Origin: Parcubacteria group bacterium
GTDB lineage: Bacteria > Patescibacteriota > Minisyncoccia > Moranbacterales > UBA11712
DNA length: 64,000 nucleotides
Assembly: GCA_041659065.1 (NCBI GenBank)
Contig: JBAZYY010000001.1
Span: 60,847 to 124,846 of the forward strand
Direction: 5' to 3'
Shown here: positions 18,709 through 28,360 of the stretch, one piece after another
Layout: each line of letters begins with the position of its first letter
Position numbering within the stretch: the stretch's first letter is position 1
The notes under the pieces: model-generated
Seen by the model: only the letters and a program-made list of their open reading frames with translations
What the model was told of the DNA's origin: nothing
Database searches by the model: none
Made by a program: the position numbers and the translations under genes

Positions 18709-20358
18709 TTAAAGCGGATCAGCGCCGATAATTAAATCTTTGGCGCTAACAACGGTCGCCATACCCAGCCAGAAAGTTCCCATAAAAAGTCCGGCGTTAA
18801 ACAAATTGGGTATGATGAGCGAAATGACGCCTAAAACCAGAAAGATATTAAGCGTCTTCTCGAATTCGCCTTTTATAGTCGGGCAGCTAATGATTTTGTT
18901 TAAAGGGCAAATTGGAGAAATGCGGCGGAAAGAATATACGAATAAAAAACCGATTACGGAAACGAAAATTATCAGGCCAAATAGTCCGCTGCCCGCCCAA
19001 ATTTGCAGAAAGATATTGCTTTCATTAAGGCCTGCGCCTCGTTCGTCCGCGCCCAATGATTGCGTTATGGATGCGTAGCCTACGCCAGTAATAGGATGTT
19101 TTTTGATAATCTCCCAACTTTGTTTGTAGATTGCGCTTCTGGTCATTACATTCGGATCTTTTCTGTAGATTTGGGCTATCATTTTTCCCCGCGACTTATA
19201 GCTGGCTATATCTTCCAGATTAATGTGCTGGCAACCGAATTTATTCAGCTCGTCCGCAGTCGCAACCGATTCGGGAATGCTGGACCCTGGCGCGCAGGCG
19301 ACAGTTATTTTTTGCTCGCTGGTGGCGGTTGATCTGGCTCGGTCAAAAATATCGAATTTCGAAAGATTAAAGATTCTTATCAAAAAAATAGAAATGAGAA
19401 GGATAATCAGAAATATTGCTATCTGCTCTGCTGATTTTCCGTAGGAGAATTTGAACCAGCTTCCCTTTTCTTTGCCAAGACCGGGTATTAAAAAGATAAA
19501 AAATATCGATACTATTGCAATTCCAATCCAGGTTGACCGCGAAAGAGTGAGGATCGCGAGGAGAAGGGCTGAAAAGATAAATAGGTGAGTTATAAATTTC
19601 AGCCAGCCGGAGTATTCTATTTCGCCGCGTTTGGTCGAGAGATAATAAGCTACTGACAAGAAGGCTGCCAGAGAAAAACAAAGAAAAATTCCCAGCCAGT
19701 CGGGTTCGGCAAAAGTGGAATTCGGGCGGCCAAACATAACTTCAAATGATTTGAAGCCGAATTTATCGGCTAGCACCTGATAGAATCCGTATTTGACAAC
19801 AACTAGATATGATCCGACGAAAAAAGCAAAAGTTTTTATGAGGTCGCTTTTATTCCTCACAAAATTCCTGATTAGAAAGTATAAAAGCACAAAGGAAAGA
19901 AGAATTAAGCTGTTTTTTACATTTAATGCCTTGAAGGTTGAGGAAAGTAGCGGCAATAAACTCAACGGCATTAAAGAAAAAAAAGCTGTGTCCATCCAGT
20001 TGGGTTTTAGAATTCTGAAATCCAATCGCTTCGAAAGCCAAAGGATAAAAATGGCCGCAACTAATATCGCTTCCAAAAATTGGTAAGGCCGAAGTTGAAG
20101 CGGCAGAAAATCGGAAACCAAAATGATGTTTTCGAGTGGAATTAGGCTTATAAATAGGAAAAAAATCCAGCGCGGACGGTAAAGCGCGACGAGCAAAGTT
20201 AGGATGGATATAAAGGTGAAGTCGCCTTTTCCGAGAGGAAGTTTATTTTTTAAAGACAGCGTAATAATCGCAGCTGACAGCAACAAGCTAAAAAGCCAGA
20301 GAATCACGAGCTCCCGTTTAAAAATATTTTTTAGCGCGCTTGTAATTTCATTCAGCAT
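18709..20358 (-). CDS. O-antigen ligase/polymerase-like (Wzy/WaaL-type) polytopic membrane protein
   Basis: More than 10 predicted TM helices with a large loop near the C-terminal third; sits inside a glycosyltransferase cluster. Family assignment is tentative. Confidence 0.5.
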   Translation of the reverse strand: MLNEITSALKNIFKRELVILWLFSLLLSAAIITLSLKNKLPLGKGDFTFISILTLLVALYRPRWIFFLFISLIPLENIILVSDFLPLQLRPYQFLEAILVAAIFILWLSKRLDFRILKPNWMDTAFFSLMPLSLLPLLSSTFKALNVKNSLILLSFVLLYFLIRNFVRNKSDLIKTFAFFVGSYLVVVKYGFYQVLADKFGFKSFEVMFGRPNSTFAEPDWLGIFLCFSLAAFLSVAYYLSTKRGEIEYSGWLKFITHLFIFSALLLAILTLSRSTWIGIAIVSIFFIFLIPGLGKEKGSWFKFSYGKSAEQIAIFLIILLISIFLIRIFNLSKFDIFDRARSTATSEQKITVACAPGSSIPESVATADELNKFGCQHINLEDIASYKSRGKMIAQIYRKDPNVMTRSAIYKQSWEIIKKHPITGVGYASITQSLGADERGAGLNESNIFLQIWAGSGLFGLIIFVSVIGFLFVYSFRRISPICPLNKIISCPTIKGEFEKTLNIFLVLGVISLIIPNLFNAGLFMGTFWLGMATVVSAKDLIIGADPL

Positions 20359-20397
20359 AATTTTAAGTTTAGCATGTCGCGAGGAATAAAAAAGGTT

Positions 20398-21525
20398 TTA
20401 GCAGCCAATAATATTTTTGTTAAACGCATCCCAACTGAATCGTTTCGACCTCGCTTCAGCTTTTTCCGAAAGACTTCGTCGCAGCTTCCCGTTTTTCAGA
20501 ACCTTGGCCATTACTCTGGCCATTTCTTCTGTGTCATGAGAATTAAAATATAAAACAGCATTGCCGCCTACCTCTGGAAGTGATGATGACTTTGAAACCG
20601 CGGCGGGCGCTCCGCTAGTCATAGCTTCAAGGACCGGCAGCCCGAAGCCCTCATAGATTGACGGAAAAACAAAAAGATCGCAATTTCGATAAAGAGCCGG
20701 CAAATCTTTTTGCTGGACGAACCCAGCAAGAATCACTTTGTCTTTTAAGTCAGCCGTTTTGATCTCTTTTTTGAGGTCGGAGAACAGCGGGCTGAATTTT
20801 GATTTGTCATCGCCCGCAAGAACCAGTTTAATATCGCCGAATTGATATCGGGAAAGCATTTCCCGAAAAGCCGCGAGAAGATCAGGGATGTTTTTCCGAA
20901 AATCAAATCCACCCACGTAAAAAACGTATCTTCCGTAAATGTCATATTTATCAAGAATTTTATTGTCAGACTGGGGGTCTTTTTCCCCGGCGAATTCCGC
21001 GCTTATGGAAGGATAGGACACCTTTATGCTCTGCGCTTTAATTTTCAGATATTTATGAATATCCCGCTTGGTCCATTCGGATACTGCGAAAATTTCGTCG
21101 GCTTTTTTCACGCCTCGCCAAATCAATGAGGCATAAAACTTTTTTCGCCAATTATCCAGATATTCCGGAAAAATTTTCCAAACCATGTCATGAACAAGCA
21201 TTTTATGCCGGATGCCTTTAAGTATCGTCGGTGATTGATAAAGTGAAATAAAAAGTTCGCATTTGTCCCTGGCGGCCATTCTTGGCAAAAGAAGTTTTTC
21301 CCACCATATTTTTCGGATAAGGTCGTCCCGTCCGTAAATTTTTGGCAAGGAGATGCGTTTTCTAAAGTTTTTTGGCAAATCCAAATCAATGTCATTTTCC
21401 AAATATAAAAAATACTCATTATCTTCAGGGTGAGATTTTATGAGATTTTCAATAAAGCCTCTGGTCACCTGCCCGATTCCCGTGTCCGACTTTCTTAAAA
21501 ACGAAGCATTAATGCCAATTTTCAT
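20398..21525 (-). CDS. Family 4 glycosyltransferase (GT-B)
   Basis: FPSIYEGFGLPVLEAMTSGAPA motif. Confidence 0.85.
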   Translation of the reverse strand: MKIGINASFLRKSDTGIGQVTRGFIENLIKSHPEDNEYFLYLENDIDLDLPKNFRKRISLPKIYGRDDLIRKIWWEKLLLPRMAARDKCELFISLYQSPTILKGIRHKMLVHDMVWKIFPEYLDNWRKKFYASLIWRGVKKADEIFAVSEWTKRDIHKYLKIKAQSIKVSYPSISAEFAGEKDPQSDNKILDKYDIYGRYVFYVGGFDFRKNIPDLLAAFREMLSRYQFGDIKLVLAGDDKSKFSPLFSDLKKEIKTADLKDKVILAGFVQQKDLPALYRNCDLFVFPSIYEGFGLPVLEAMTSGAPAAVSKSSSLPEVGGNAVLYFNSHDTEEMARVMAKVLKNGKLRRSLSEKAEARSKRFSWDAFNKNIIGC

Positions 21526-21633
21526 AATGAAATTCTATAGTATTAGGGAGTTTTTAACAAGCAGATTTTAATATGAAAAAGGCGCCTTGGGGGTTTATTT
21601 TCAAGACGCCACAATTTACGGCTGTGCTCAGTA

Positions 21634-22602
21634 CTACTTAGCCGACGAAATAACATAGATCCGCCGATCCTTGAGTCTCTCGATAGTTCGTTCAGCGTCA
21701 ATGCCGGGAAGATTCAATGAGTTGAGCTCGCTTACTCTATCGCCGATTAAGTCAAACGGGCGTAGGGTTTGAATCTTCAGATTGCGCCCTCGGAGGATAT
21801 TATCTTCGGCATCCCGATGACTATCGTAGGAGTTTTTGATAATCTTCACGCCAGTCATCCCAGCCACAAGCTCGACGACCAAGCGAGCTGTCTCATCCAG
21901 GCTGAGAATACTTTGGACGTCTTTCTTAGACCGGATATCCTGGGTCACCAAGATGCTACCAGGCAACTCTGAGAGGACCATCGTAATTGCATCGAAAAAT
22001 TGGTCTTTCATGCCGAGGTTAAAATATTGGAGCACCCCCTCGGTATAAAAAAATACGCAATATCCTCGTAATATTCGGCATAATTCCCGCATCTTAGACT
22101 TATTTAGGATATCCAGTGGATGTAGGACAAGGTTACAAGGAATTTTCCCTTGGAATTCTCCTTCTATAAAGACTTCAAGATGTTTTAAAACATCCATAGA
22201 AAGATCCGTATGAAATGCTATCTTGTTGCTTTGCTGGGCCATTTCAATAAGGGAGGGCGATAGCCCGGCGCCAAGGCCACAGATATGGTTAAAGCCAAGC
22301 GCATATGCAAGAATTTGCGTGACCAGTGTCCTAACTTCAATGATTGGACTTAATAAATAAATCCCATGTCGGATCTCTTCCGTCTTATCGGCGATCATGG
22401 AAAAATTCGCTAATGGCCATTTGGCCCTTACATGCTCCAAAACATGCGTTGCCATGATTTCATTTACATCCAGGAATTGCGCAAACCTAGAGGCTAATGA
22501 ATCGGATTTAGAATACAATGATCGCATAAATAGAACTAGGTATGCAGTCTTATCGACCAGTAGATTGCCGTTATATTTATTCATTTGCTGTCTAGCCTCC
22601 AA
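21634..22602 (-). CDS. Class I SAM-dependent O-methyltransferase (LCM/Tcm-family-like)
   Basis: Motif I-like ICGLGAGLSP resembling the LCM family VxLGAGLDTR; ~320 aa. Tentative. Confidence 0.5.
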   Translation of the reverse strand: MEARQQMNKYNGNLLVDKTAYLVLFMRSLYSKSDSLASRFAQFLDVNEIMATHVLEHVRAKWPLANFSMIADKTEEIRHGIYLLSPIIEVRTLVTQILAYALGFNHICGLGAGLSPSLIEMAQQSNKIAFHTDLSMDVLKHLEVFIEGEFQGKIPCNLVLHPLDILNKSKMRELCRILRGYCVFFYTEGVLQYFNLGMKDQFFDAITMVLSELPGSILVTQDIRSKKDVQSILSLDETARLVVELVAGMTGVKIIKNSYDSHRDAEDNILRGRNLKIQTLRPFDLIGDRVSELNSLNLPGIDAERTIERLKDRRIYVISSAK

Positions 22603-22620
22603 AGCAAGATTTAAATTACT

Positions 22621-22638
22621 CCTTTATCGCGATAAAGG
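22621..22638. promoter_or_regulatory. Perfect 18-bp palindrome CCTTTATCGCGATAAAGG, 19-36 nt upstream of the methyltransferase start codon
   Basis: Read directly from the sequence; it is its own reverse complement. Confidence 0.4.
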
Positions 22639-22777
22639 TTTCGATTTATAATGAGTTCTTTAGCTCATATTGTCAAGCGGAAACTCCCGTCATTTTACTC
22701 GATTTTTTTCGGCATTTATGCTATAGTTAGGTCTGTAATTGTAAGAGCCTTTAAATAGCTTAAATAAGGCATAAATT

Positions 22778-23761
22778 ATGCGTTTAATTGTAAATATTCC
22801 GGCTTATAACGAAGAAGATAAAATTTCCGAAATAATCGAGAATATTCGCGCCAGTTTTGCTTCCGAATTTTACGCCAATGGCAAAGGAAAAATTATCTCG
22901 GAAAAACTAGTTCAAGTGGTTGATGATGGATCGACCGACAGAACTTTTGAAAAGGCGCGTGCTTCGCAGGCGGATATTATTGTGTCCTATAAGCCTAATC
23001 GTCGACTCGCCTATGCTTTCAAAAGAGCCGTGGAAAGTGCTCTGGAAAACGGGGCTGACATTATGGTAAATATTGACGCCGACGGCCAATTTGATCCCAA
23101 TGATATTTCCAAGCTGCTTATTCCCATACTCGATGGGAAGAGCGATATGGTGATTGCTAATAGATTCGGAAAACATAAGGCGAAGGATATGCCCATGGTC
23201 AGGAATTTTTTCAATCGTTTAGCCGCTAAAATGGTAGGCTTTTTTCTTAACTACAAGACGGAGGATCTGACCTGTGGTTTTCGCGCGCATAGCCGTGAAA
23301 CGCTTTTGCGGTTGAATCTCACTAATATGAATTTCACTTACACGCAGGAAACCATAATTGACGCGATAGGCAAAAATCTCAAATTAATGTGGGTTCCTGT
23401 GACCGTGACCTATTTTGCGGACAGAGAGCCGAAAATAACAAAATCCATCTGGAAGTTCATAGCCAATGGCTTCAAAATAATTCTGAAGGCTGTCCGCGAT
23501 GTGCGCCCGCTGAAATTTTTCGGGAGCCCAGGCTTTTTCCTGATAGCTGTTTCTTTGGTCGTATTTTTATTTTTCCTTTATCATTACTTCCTTACTTTTC
23601 AGATTACAACTTATCGGAACTACATCCTTCTCTCCTTTTTCCTCTTTGTGGTCGGCTTTCAATTCCTGGTTTTTGCGCTTATCGCCGATATGATAAAATC
23701 AAATCGAAAATTAACGGAGGAGCAGATGTATATGTTTAAAAAAGAAAAATACAAGAAATGA
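22778..23761 (+). CDS. Family 2 glycosyltransferase (DPM1/GtrB-like) with C-terminal TM helices
   Basis: IVNIPAYNEE...VVDDGSTDRT...DADGQ motifs and two C-terminal TM helices. Confidence 0.8.
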   Translation: MRLIVNIPAYNEEDKISEIIENIRASFASEFYANGKGKIISEKLVQVVDDGSTDRTFEKARASQADIIVSYKPNRRLAYAFKRAVESALENGADIMVNIDADGQFDPNDISKLLIPILDGKSDMVIANRFGKHKAKDMPMVRNFFNRLAAKMVGFFLNYKTEDLTCGFRAHSRETLLRLNLTNMNFTYTQETIIDAIGKNLKLMWVPVTVTYFADREPKITKSIWKFIANGFKIILKAVRDVRPLKFFGSPGFFLIAVSLVVFLFFLYHYFLTFQITTYRNYILLSFFLFVVGFQFLVFALIADMIKSNRKLTEEQMYMFKKEKYKK

Positions 23762-24867
23762 GAATTTTATTCATTTCGCGCGCCTACCCTCCTGTGACTG
23801 GCGGAATTGAAAATCAGAACTACGGTCTAGCCAATGCTCTCAAGTCCTTTGCAGACGTGAAAATAATCGCCAACAAAAAGGGTAAGAGAAACTTACCGTT
23901 TTTTTTGCCGTGGGCGGGCTTGGCAGGTTTGTTTTTTGCCTCCCGTTTTGACGCGATAATTCTGGGCGATGGCGTACTATCCCCTATCGGAAGAATGCTA
24001 AAATTTTTTTATCCTCGGAAAAAAGTATTTTCAATCATCCACGGGCTGGATATTACCTATGCCCGCAAAAAGTCACTCCTTGGGAGAGTATATCGGTCCA
24101 TAAATATTCCAGCTCTAAAAAGCTTAGACAAGCTGGTTATGGTCGGAAACAGCACGATTGAAGAAACCGTAAAATCAGGTATTTTAAGAGATAAATGTGT
24201 CTTCATACCAAATGGTGTTGATCCAAAGGATATATGCGAAAAGCACGGGAGATCGGAGCTGGAAAATCTGATAGGCATGAGTCTCGACGAGAAAAAAGCA
24301 ATTGTTCGCGTAGGAAGATATGTCAAGCACAAGGGCACGGACTGGTTTATTGAGGAAGTCATGCCAAAGCTTCCAGAAAATTATATCTTGGTCGCGGCGG
24401 GCGGGGTTGTGGCAAAAAAGACTCCGGGAGACGAGAATATTCATCCGATTTGCCAGAAAGCGGTGGTTGATAATAAACTAAAAAGCAGAGTTGTCCTACT
24501 GACAAATCTTCTCTGGCGGGACATGAAAGTTCTCTTCAATACCGCTGATTTATTTATTTCTCCGAATGTCAAAATAGAGGGCTCAATGGAAGGCTTTGGG
24601 ATTAATGCCATCGAGGGTGCGGCTTGCGGAAGAGTTGTAGTGGCTTCCCGCCTTGAAGGGCTCCAGGATGCCATTACGGATGGAGAAAATGGTTTCCTGA
24701 TTGAGCCGGGAAACGTGGAAGAATACGTAAGAACCATAACCAGAATTCTTGAAGACGACGAATCTCGCGCGGAATTTTCCCAGCGGGCCAAAAACTATAC
24801 GACTCGCAATTTCAGCTGGGATGTTATCGCGAAAAAATATATGGAAGTTCTTGCAGGCGCGCGCTAG
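23758..24867 (+). CDS. Family 4 glycosyltransferase (GT-B)
   Basis: EGFGINAIEGAACGRVVV motif; start overlaps the upstream GT2 gene (ATGA). Confidence 0.8.
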   Translation: MRILFISRAYPPVTGGIENQNYGLANALKSFADVKIIANKKGKRNLPFFLPWAGLAGLFFASRFDAIILGDGVLSPIGRMLKFFYPRKKVFSIIHGLDITYARKKSLLGRVYRSINIPALKSLDKLVMVGNSTIEETVKSGILRDKCVFIPNGVDPKDICEKHGRSELENLIGMSLDEKKAIVRVGRYVKHKGTDWFIEEVMPKLPENYILVAAGGVVAKKTPGDENIHPICQKAVVDNKLKSRVVLLTNLLWRDMKVLFNTADLFISPNVKIEGSMEGFGINAIEGAACGRVVVASRLEGLQDAITDGENGFLIEPGNVEEYVRTITRILEDDESRAEFSQRAKNYTTRNFSWDVIAKKYMEVLAGAR

Positions 24868-24879
24868 AATTTAAGCGAT

Positions 24880-26745
24880 ATGATTTTTGATATCCTAAAA
24901 CTAATTGTAGTTTTTCCGATTATCTTGGTGCTGCCAGGCATATTTTTTATGCTCGCGGCTTTTGGAAGATCGAATGCGAAAATCTCATTTTTTGAAAGAG
25001 CGGTATTGACGGTACCCTTCAGTATAATAATCATCGATTTGATTTGCTTCATTTTGAACCGCTTTGACATTCCGATTAAAGGCGTTATTCTCCTGGGATC
25101 GATTATCATTTTTTGCTTAATCGGGTTTATTGCTTATCAGTATCGATTTAAGTCCCGAGGAGAAAAAAATAAGGAAGCTGATTTGCAGCCGGATAATCTT
25201 TTTAATTTTTCGAATTGGCAGACAATTTTTATCCTGCTTTCAATTTTTGTGGCCGTTTTCATCCGCGTAGCTTATCTCTCGGATACGATAGTTCCTTCCG
25301 CCACGGATCTTGGACATCATATGTACTGGTCGCAAACGATTATCGACAGCGGAAAATTACCGGTCTACGGAATGCCCGACTTTATTATCGGCGAACATAT
25401 TATTTTTGCGGCAGTTAATCTTCTGTCCGGAGTCGGCCTCATGACAGCTATGCCCACGCTCCTGTTGCTTTTTGTGAATATTGCCGGTATTTTCACGCTT
25501 GTGATTCTGGCCGCCAGATTATTTAAAAATAAAAATATTACCGCAGTGATGTTTCTTGTCGCGGGGGTTTTGTATGCCATAAACGCTCCGCAAGGAAAAT
25601 ATGTAAGCGGTGGAGTCGTTGGGAATATAATCGGCGACATGCTGATTCCGGTCGTTCTTTATTTTCTCTATCGAGCGCTGGCCGAGAAGGACAGCTTTTT
25701 TGGCGGGCTTTTTCTTTTCAGTCTTATAGGTATTCTCTACACGCACCACTTGAGTTCGTTTATTTTATTATTTTCGATAGCCGGAATAATATTTTTCTAT
25801 CTGGCGGTCAATTTTCGCGGAATTTTCAATATTATCCTTGCCTGGATCAAAATATTCGCGCGCCCTTTTCCCATCGCAGTCCTACTGATCGCGCTAATTT
25901 TCTTCATTTTTGTATTTATGCCGTCGTACTTCAACCCGTCCGCCGTCAGCCAAGCTACCGGAGCGCCCACAAAAATAACCAGAGTAGGCTTAAATCTAAA
26001 TCAAATTGAGATGAACGCCGGCAGTGGGCGCCTGATCCTGGGAGCTTTAGGAATGCTTTTGATAGCAGTACTTGCCTGGAAACCAAAAAAATATTGGATA
26101 TCCTTCGCGGCGGGCTGGGTGATAATAAGCCTGGTTATGGCCTATAAACCCAATTTGCTCCTTATAAATATTCCGAGCGACCGAGTTGGAAATTATCTTT
26201 TTCTTCCCTTTTCTATTCTTTCGGCTTACGCGTTGGTGAAATATTTTGAACTGTTCAGAAAATCAGCCTCAAAATTTTTTGCTTCAGTTCTGTTATACGC
26301 GCTGATGTTTTTCATCATCACCAACGGACTTTCGGACAGCGCGGATGCCTTCAAGTCAAAGAACCAATTCCAGGAAATCATGGAAACATATCACTCGGCG
26401 GAATTCTTATCAAAGAACGTCGATACCTCAAAAGATATTATACTCAAAGATCACATAAATATCGCCGGAGACTCTTTCTACAAACTTTTTTTCATGAAAG
26501 ATTACAAATATCCGCTAAGCCGAGGTAATCTTTCGCGCTATGTCGATCCAACAAAACCGCGCGAAATCTGCACGCGCGACATCATTGATGATCCTGAAAA
26601 TGACACCGGAAAAGCGTGTCTATCCGACACGGGAGTTGATTATGTCGTTCTTAACGCTCAGCTGGAGGGCATGAGTTTCGAGAAGTATCCAAGCTTCTCA
26701 AAAGTTTACGCGTCGAATTATATCTCGGTTTTTAAGAAAAATTAA
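24880..26745 (+). CDS. Large polytopic membrane protein (putative GT-C-type / YfhO-like glycosyltransferase), unknown specificity
   Basis: About 14 TM helices plus a ~150 aa C-terminal soluble domain; shares an architecture and a C-terminal motif with the truncated first ORF. Confidence 0.5.
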   Translation: MIFDILKLIVVFPIILVLPGIFFMLAAFGRSNAKISFFERAVLTVPFSIIIIDLICFILNRFDIPIKGVILLGSIIIFCLIGFIAYQYRFKSRGEKNKEADLQPDNLFNFSNWQTIFILLSIFVAVFIRVAYLSDTIVPSATDLGHHMYWSQTIIDSGKLPVYGMPDFIIGEHIIFAAVNLLSGVGLMTAMPTLLLLFVNIAGIFTLVILAARLFKNKNITAVMFLVAGVLYAINAPQGKYVSGGVVGNIIGDMLIPVVLYFLYRALAEKDSFFGGLFLFSLIGILYTHHLSSFILLFSIAGIIFFYLAVNFRGIFNIILAWIKIFARPFPIAVLLIALIFFIFVFMPSYFNPSAVSQATGAPTKITRVGLNLNQIEMNAGSGRLILGALGMLLIAVLAWKPKKYWISFAAGWVIISLVMAYKPNLLLINIPSDRVGNYLFLPFSILSAYALVKYFELFRKSASKFFASVLLYALMFFIITNGLSDSADAFKSKNQFQEIMETYHSAEFLSKNVDTSKDIILKDHINIAGDSFYKLFFMKDYKYPLSRGNLSRYVDPTKPREICTRDIIDDPENDTGKACLSDTGVDYVVLNAQLEGMSFEKYPSFSKVYASNYISVFKKN

Positions 26746-26750
26746 CCTGT

Positions 26751-27149
26751 ATGCAAAGCAAAATAATCATTATCGCAACCATTATACTTTTTATCGCGGG
26801 TATCGCGGTCCTCTTCATGATTGAATCGCTGAATCATAACTATGACTATGGCAAAAGCTGGAGTGTAGTTTATTTCAGCAAGCCCTCTGATAATTCTGCG
26901 GATTTTACGATTGAGAATCATCAGGGAGCGGATGAAAATTACAAGTATAGTTATCAGATAAACGGAGAAGCAGTCAGTACCGGGGAAACTGAAGTGCCGG
27001 CTGGAGGCAAAGTCACCGTCGCGCCACCTCAGGAATACGAAATGAAATTGCAGGAAGCAAGGGAATCAGTCAGCGCGCCAAATGTCATTGTCGATGTAAT
27101 ACTGGACAGTTCCGAATATAAGATTAACAAGGTAATTCGTAATCAGTAA
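26751..27149 (+). CDS. Membrane-anchored hypothetical protein
   Basis: N-terminal TM helix plus a ~100 aa extracytoplasmic domain; begins 5 nt after the GT-C-like gene. Confidence 0.45.
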   Translation: MQSKIIIIATIILFIAGIAVLFMIESLNHNYDYGKSWSVVYFSKPSDNSADFTIENHQGADENYKYSYQINGEAVSTGETEVPAGGKVTVAPPQEYEMKLQEARESVSAPNVIVDVILDSSEYKINKVIRNQ

Positions 27150-27213
27150 TTGGTAATTTGGATATAAAATGTCCGAATTACAAACTTTAAATTGCCAATT
27201 ACAGGATTTTTTG

Positions 27214-28331
27214 TGAAAATTCTTTTGCTGACTCGCCCGATTTGTCCGCCCTGGGACGAAGGGTCGAAAAACTTCGCTTTTACTTTAGCAAATAACGTAC
27301 ATAACGCGGAAATCCACATTCTGACCTGTGGGGCTTTGGAAAATCTGCCTAAAAATGTCATCCAGCATCCCATATACTCATCCCCCAAGCTGAATCTAGC
27401 GCAAAAAATAAAATTATTTTGGTTTCTCAAAAAGATGGATGGCTTTGACATTATTCATTCGCTCTTCACGCCCACTAAGATAAATTCTTTTTTTATCAAG
27501 CGCGCTATTAAAACCAAGAACTCAAAAATAATCCAAACGGTTGCCACTTTGCGCGAAGATTTATACAAGGAGGATGATTTCAAAAAAATACTCTTTGGCG
27601 ATTTAATTATTACCTATTCCGATTATGCCCGTGAAAAAATTGAAAAAACCGGAATTAGCGATGTTCGCCGCGTTTATCCGGGAATTGATGTGAGCAAGTA
27701 TAGCCCTCAAGAGAAGAGTGCCGTATTAATGGAAAAATATGGAATTACTAGCCAAGACTTCGTTATAAATTTCACGGGAGAATATACTCGTTTGGGCGCC
27801 ATAGAGGATGTGATCAGCTGTTTTTTGGATCTCGCGGATGAAAATAGCAGTTTCAAACTGCAGCTGGCTTGCCGGATAAAGAATGAAAAGGACGCACGGA
27901 AAAAAGAAGAGGTGAAAAAGCGATTGGAAATTGCAGGGATATTAGATAGAGTGCTCTTTTTCGACGATCAAAAATTTGAGATGCCAGATGTTTATAATCT
28001 TTCGGATGTTTCGATCTTTCCGGTAAGGACTATGGATGGAAAATTTGATATTCCCCTGGCAGTGATCGAAGCTATGGCCTGTGAAAAACCGATGATCGCG
28101 AGTAGTTTGGAGCGGTTGAAATATTTTTTGAACGACAGCAATTGTATATTGATTAAACCGGGCGATCGGGAAGCGCTCAAGGAAAAAATTTTACACTTAT
28201 ACAAGAATCCGGAAGTTCGAAACGAACTTGGCGGAAAAGGCATGAGGTTCGTCCGGGAAAATTTTGATATAATGAAGATAGTCGGAGAATACGAAAAAAT
28301 TTACTTGGAAATTGGTGGCAGTAAACATTAA
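27214..28331 (+). CDS. Family 4 glycosyltransferase (GT-B)
   Basis: C-terminal motif FPVRTMDGKFDIPLAVIEAMACEKPMIAS. Start uncertain: GTG at 27214 or ATG at 27192. Confidence 0.75.
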
Positions 28332-28360
28332 GAGTCACATGTATTATCACGCTACTAAGC

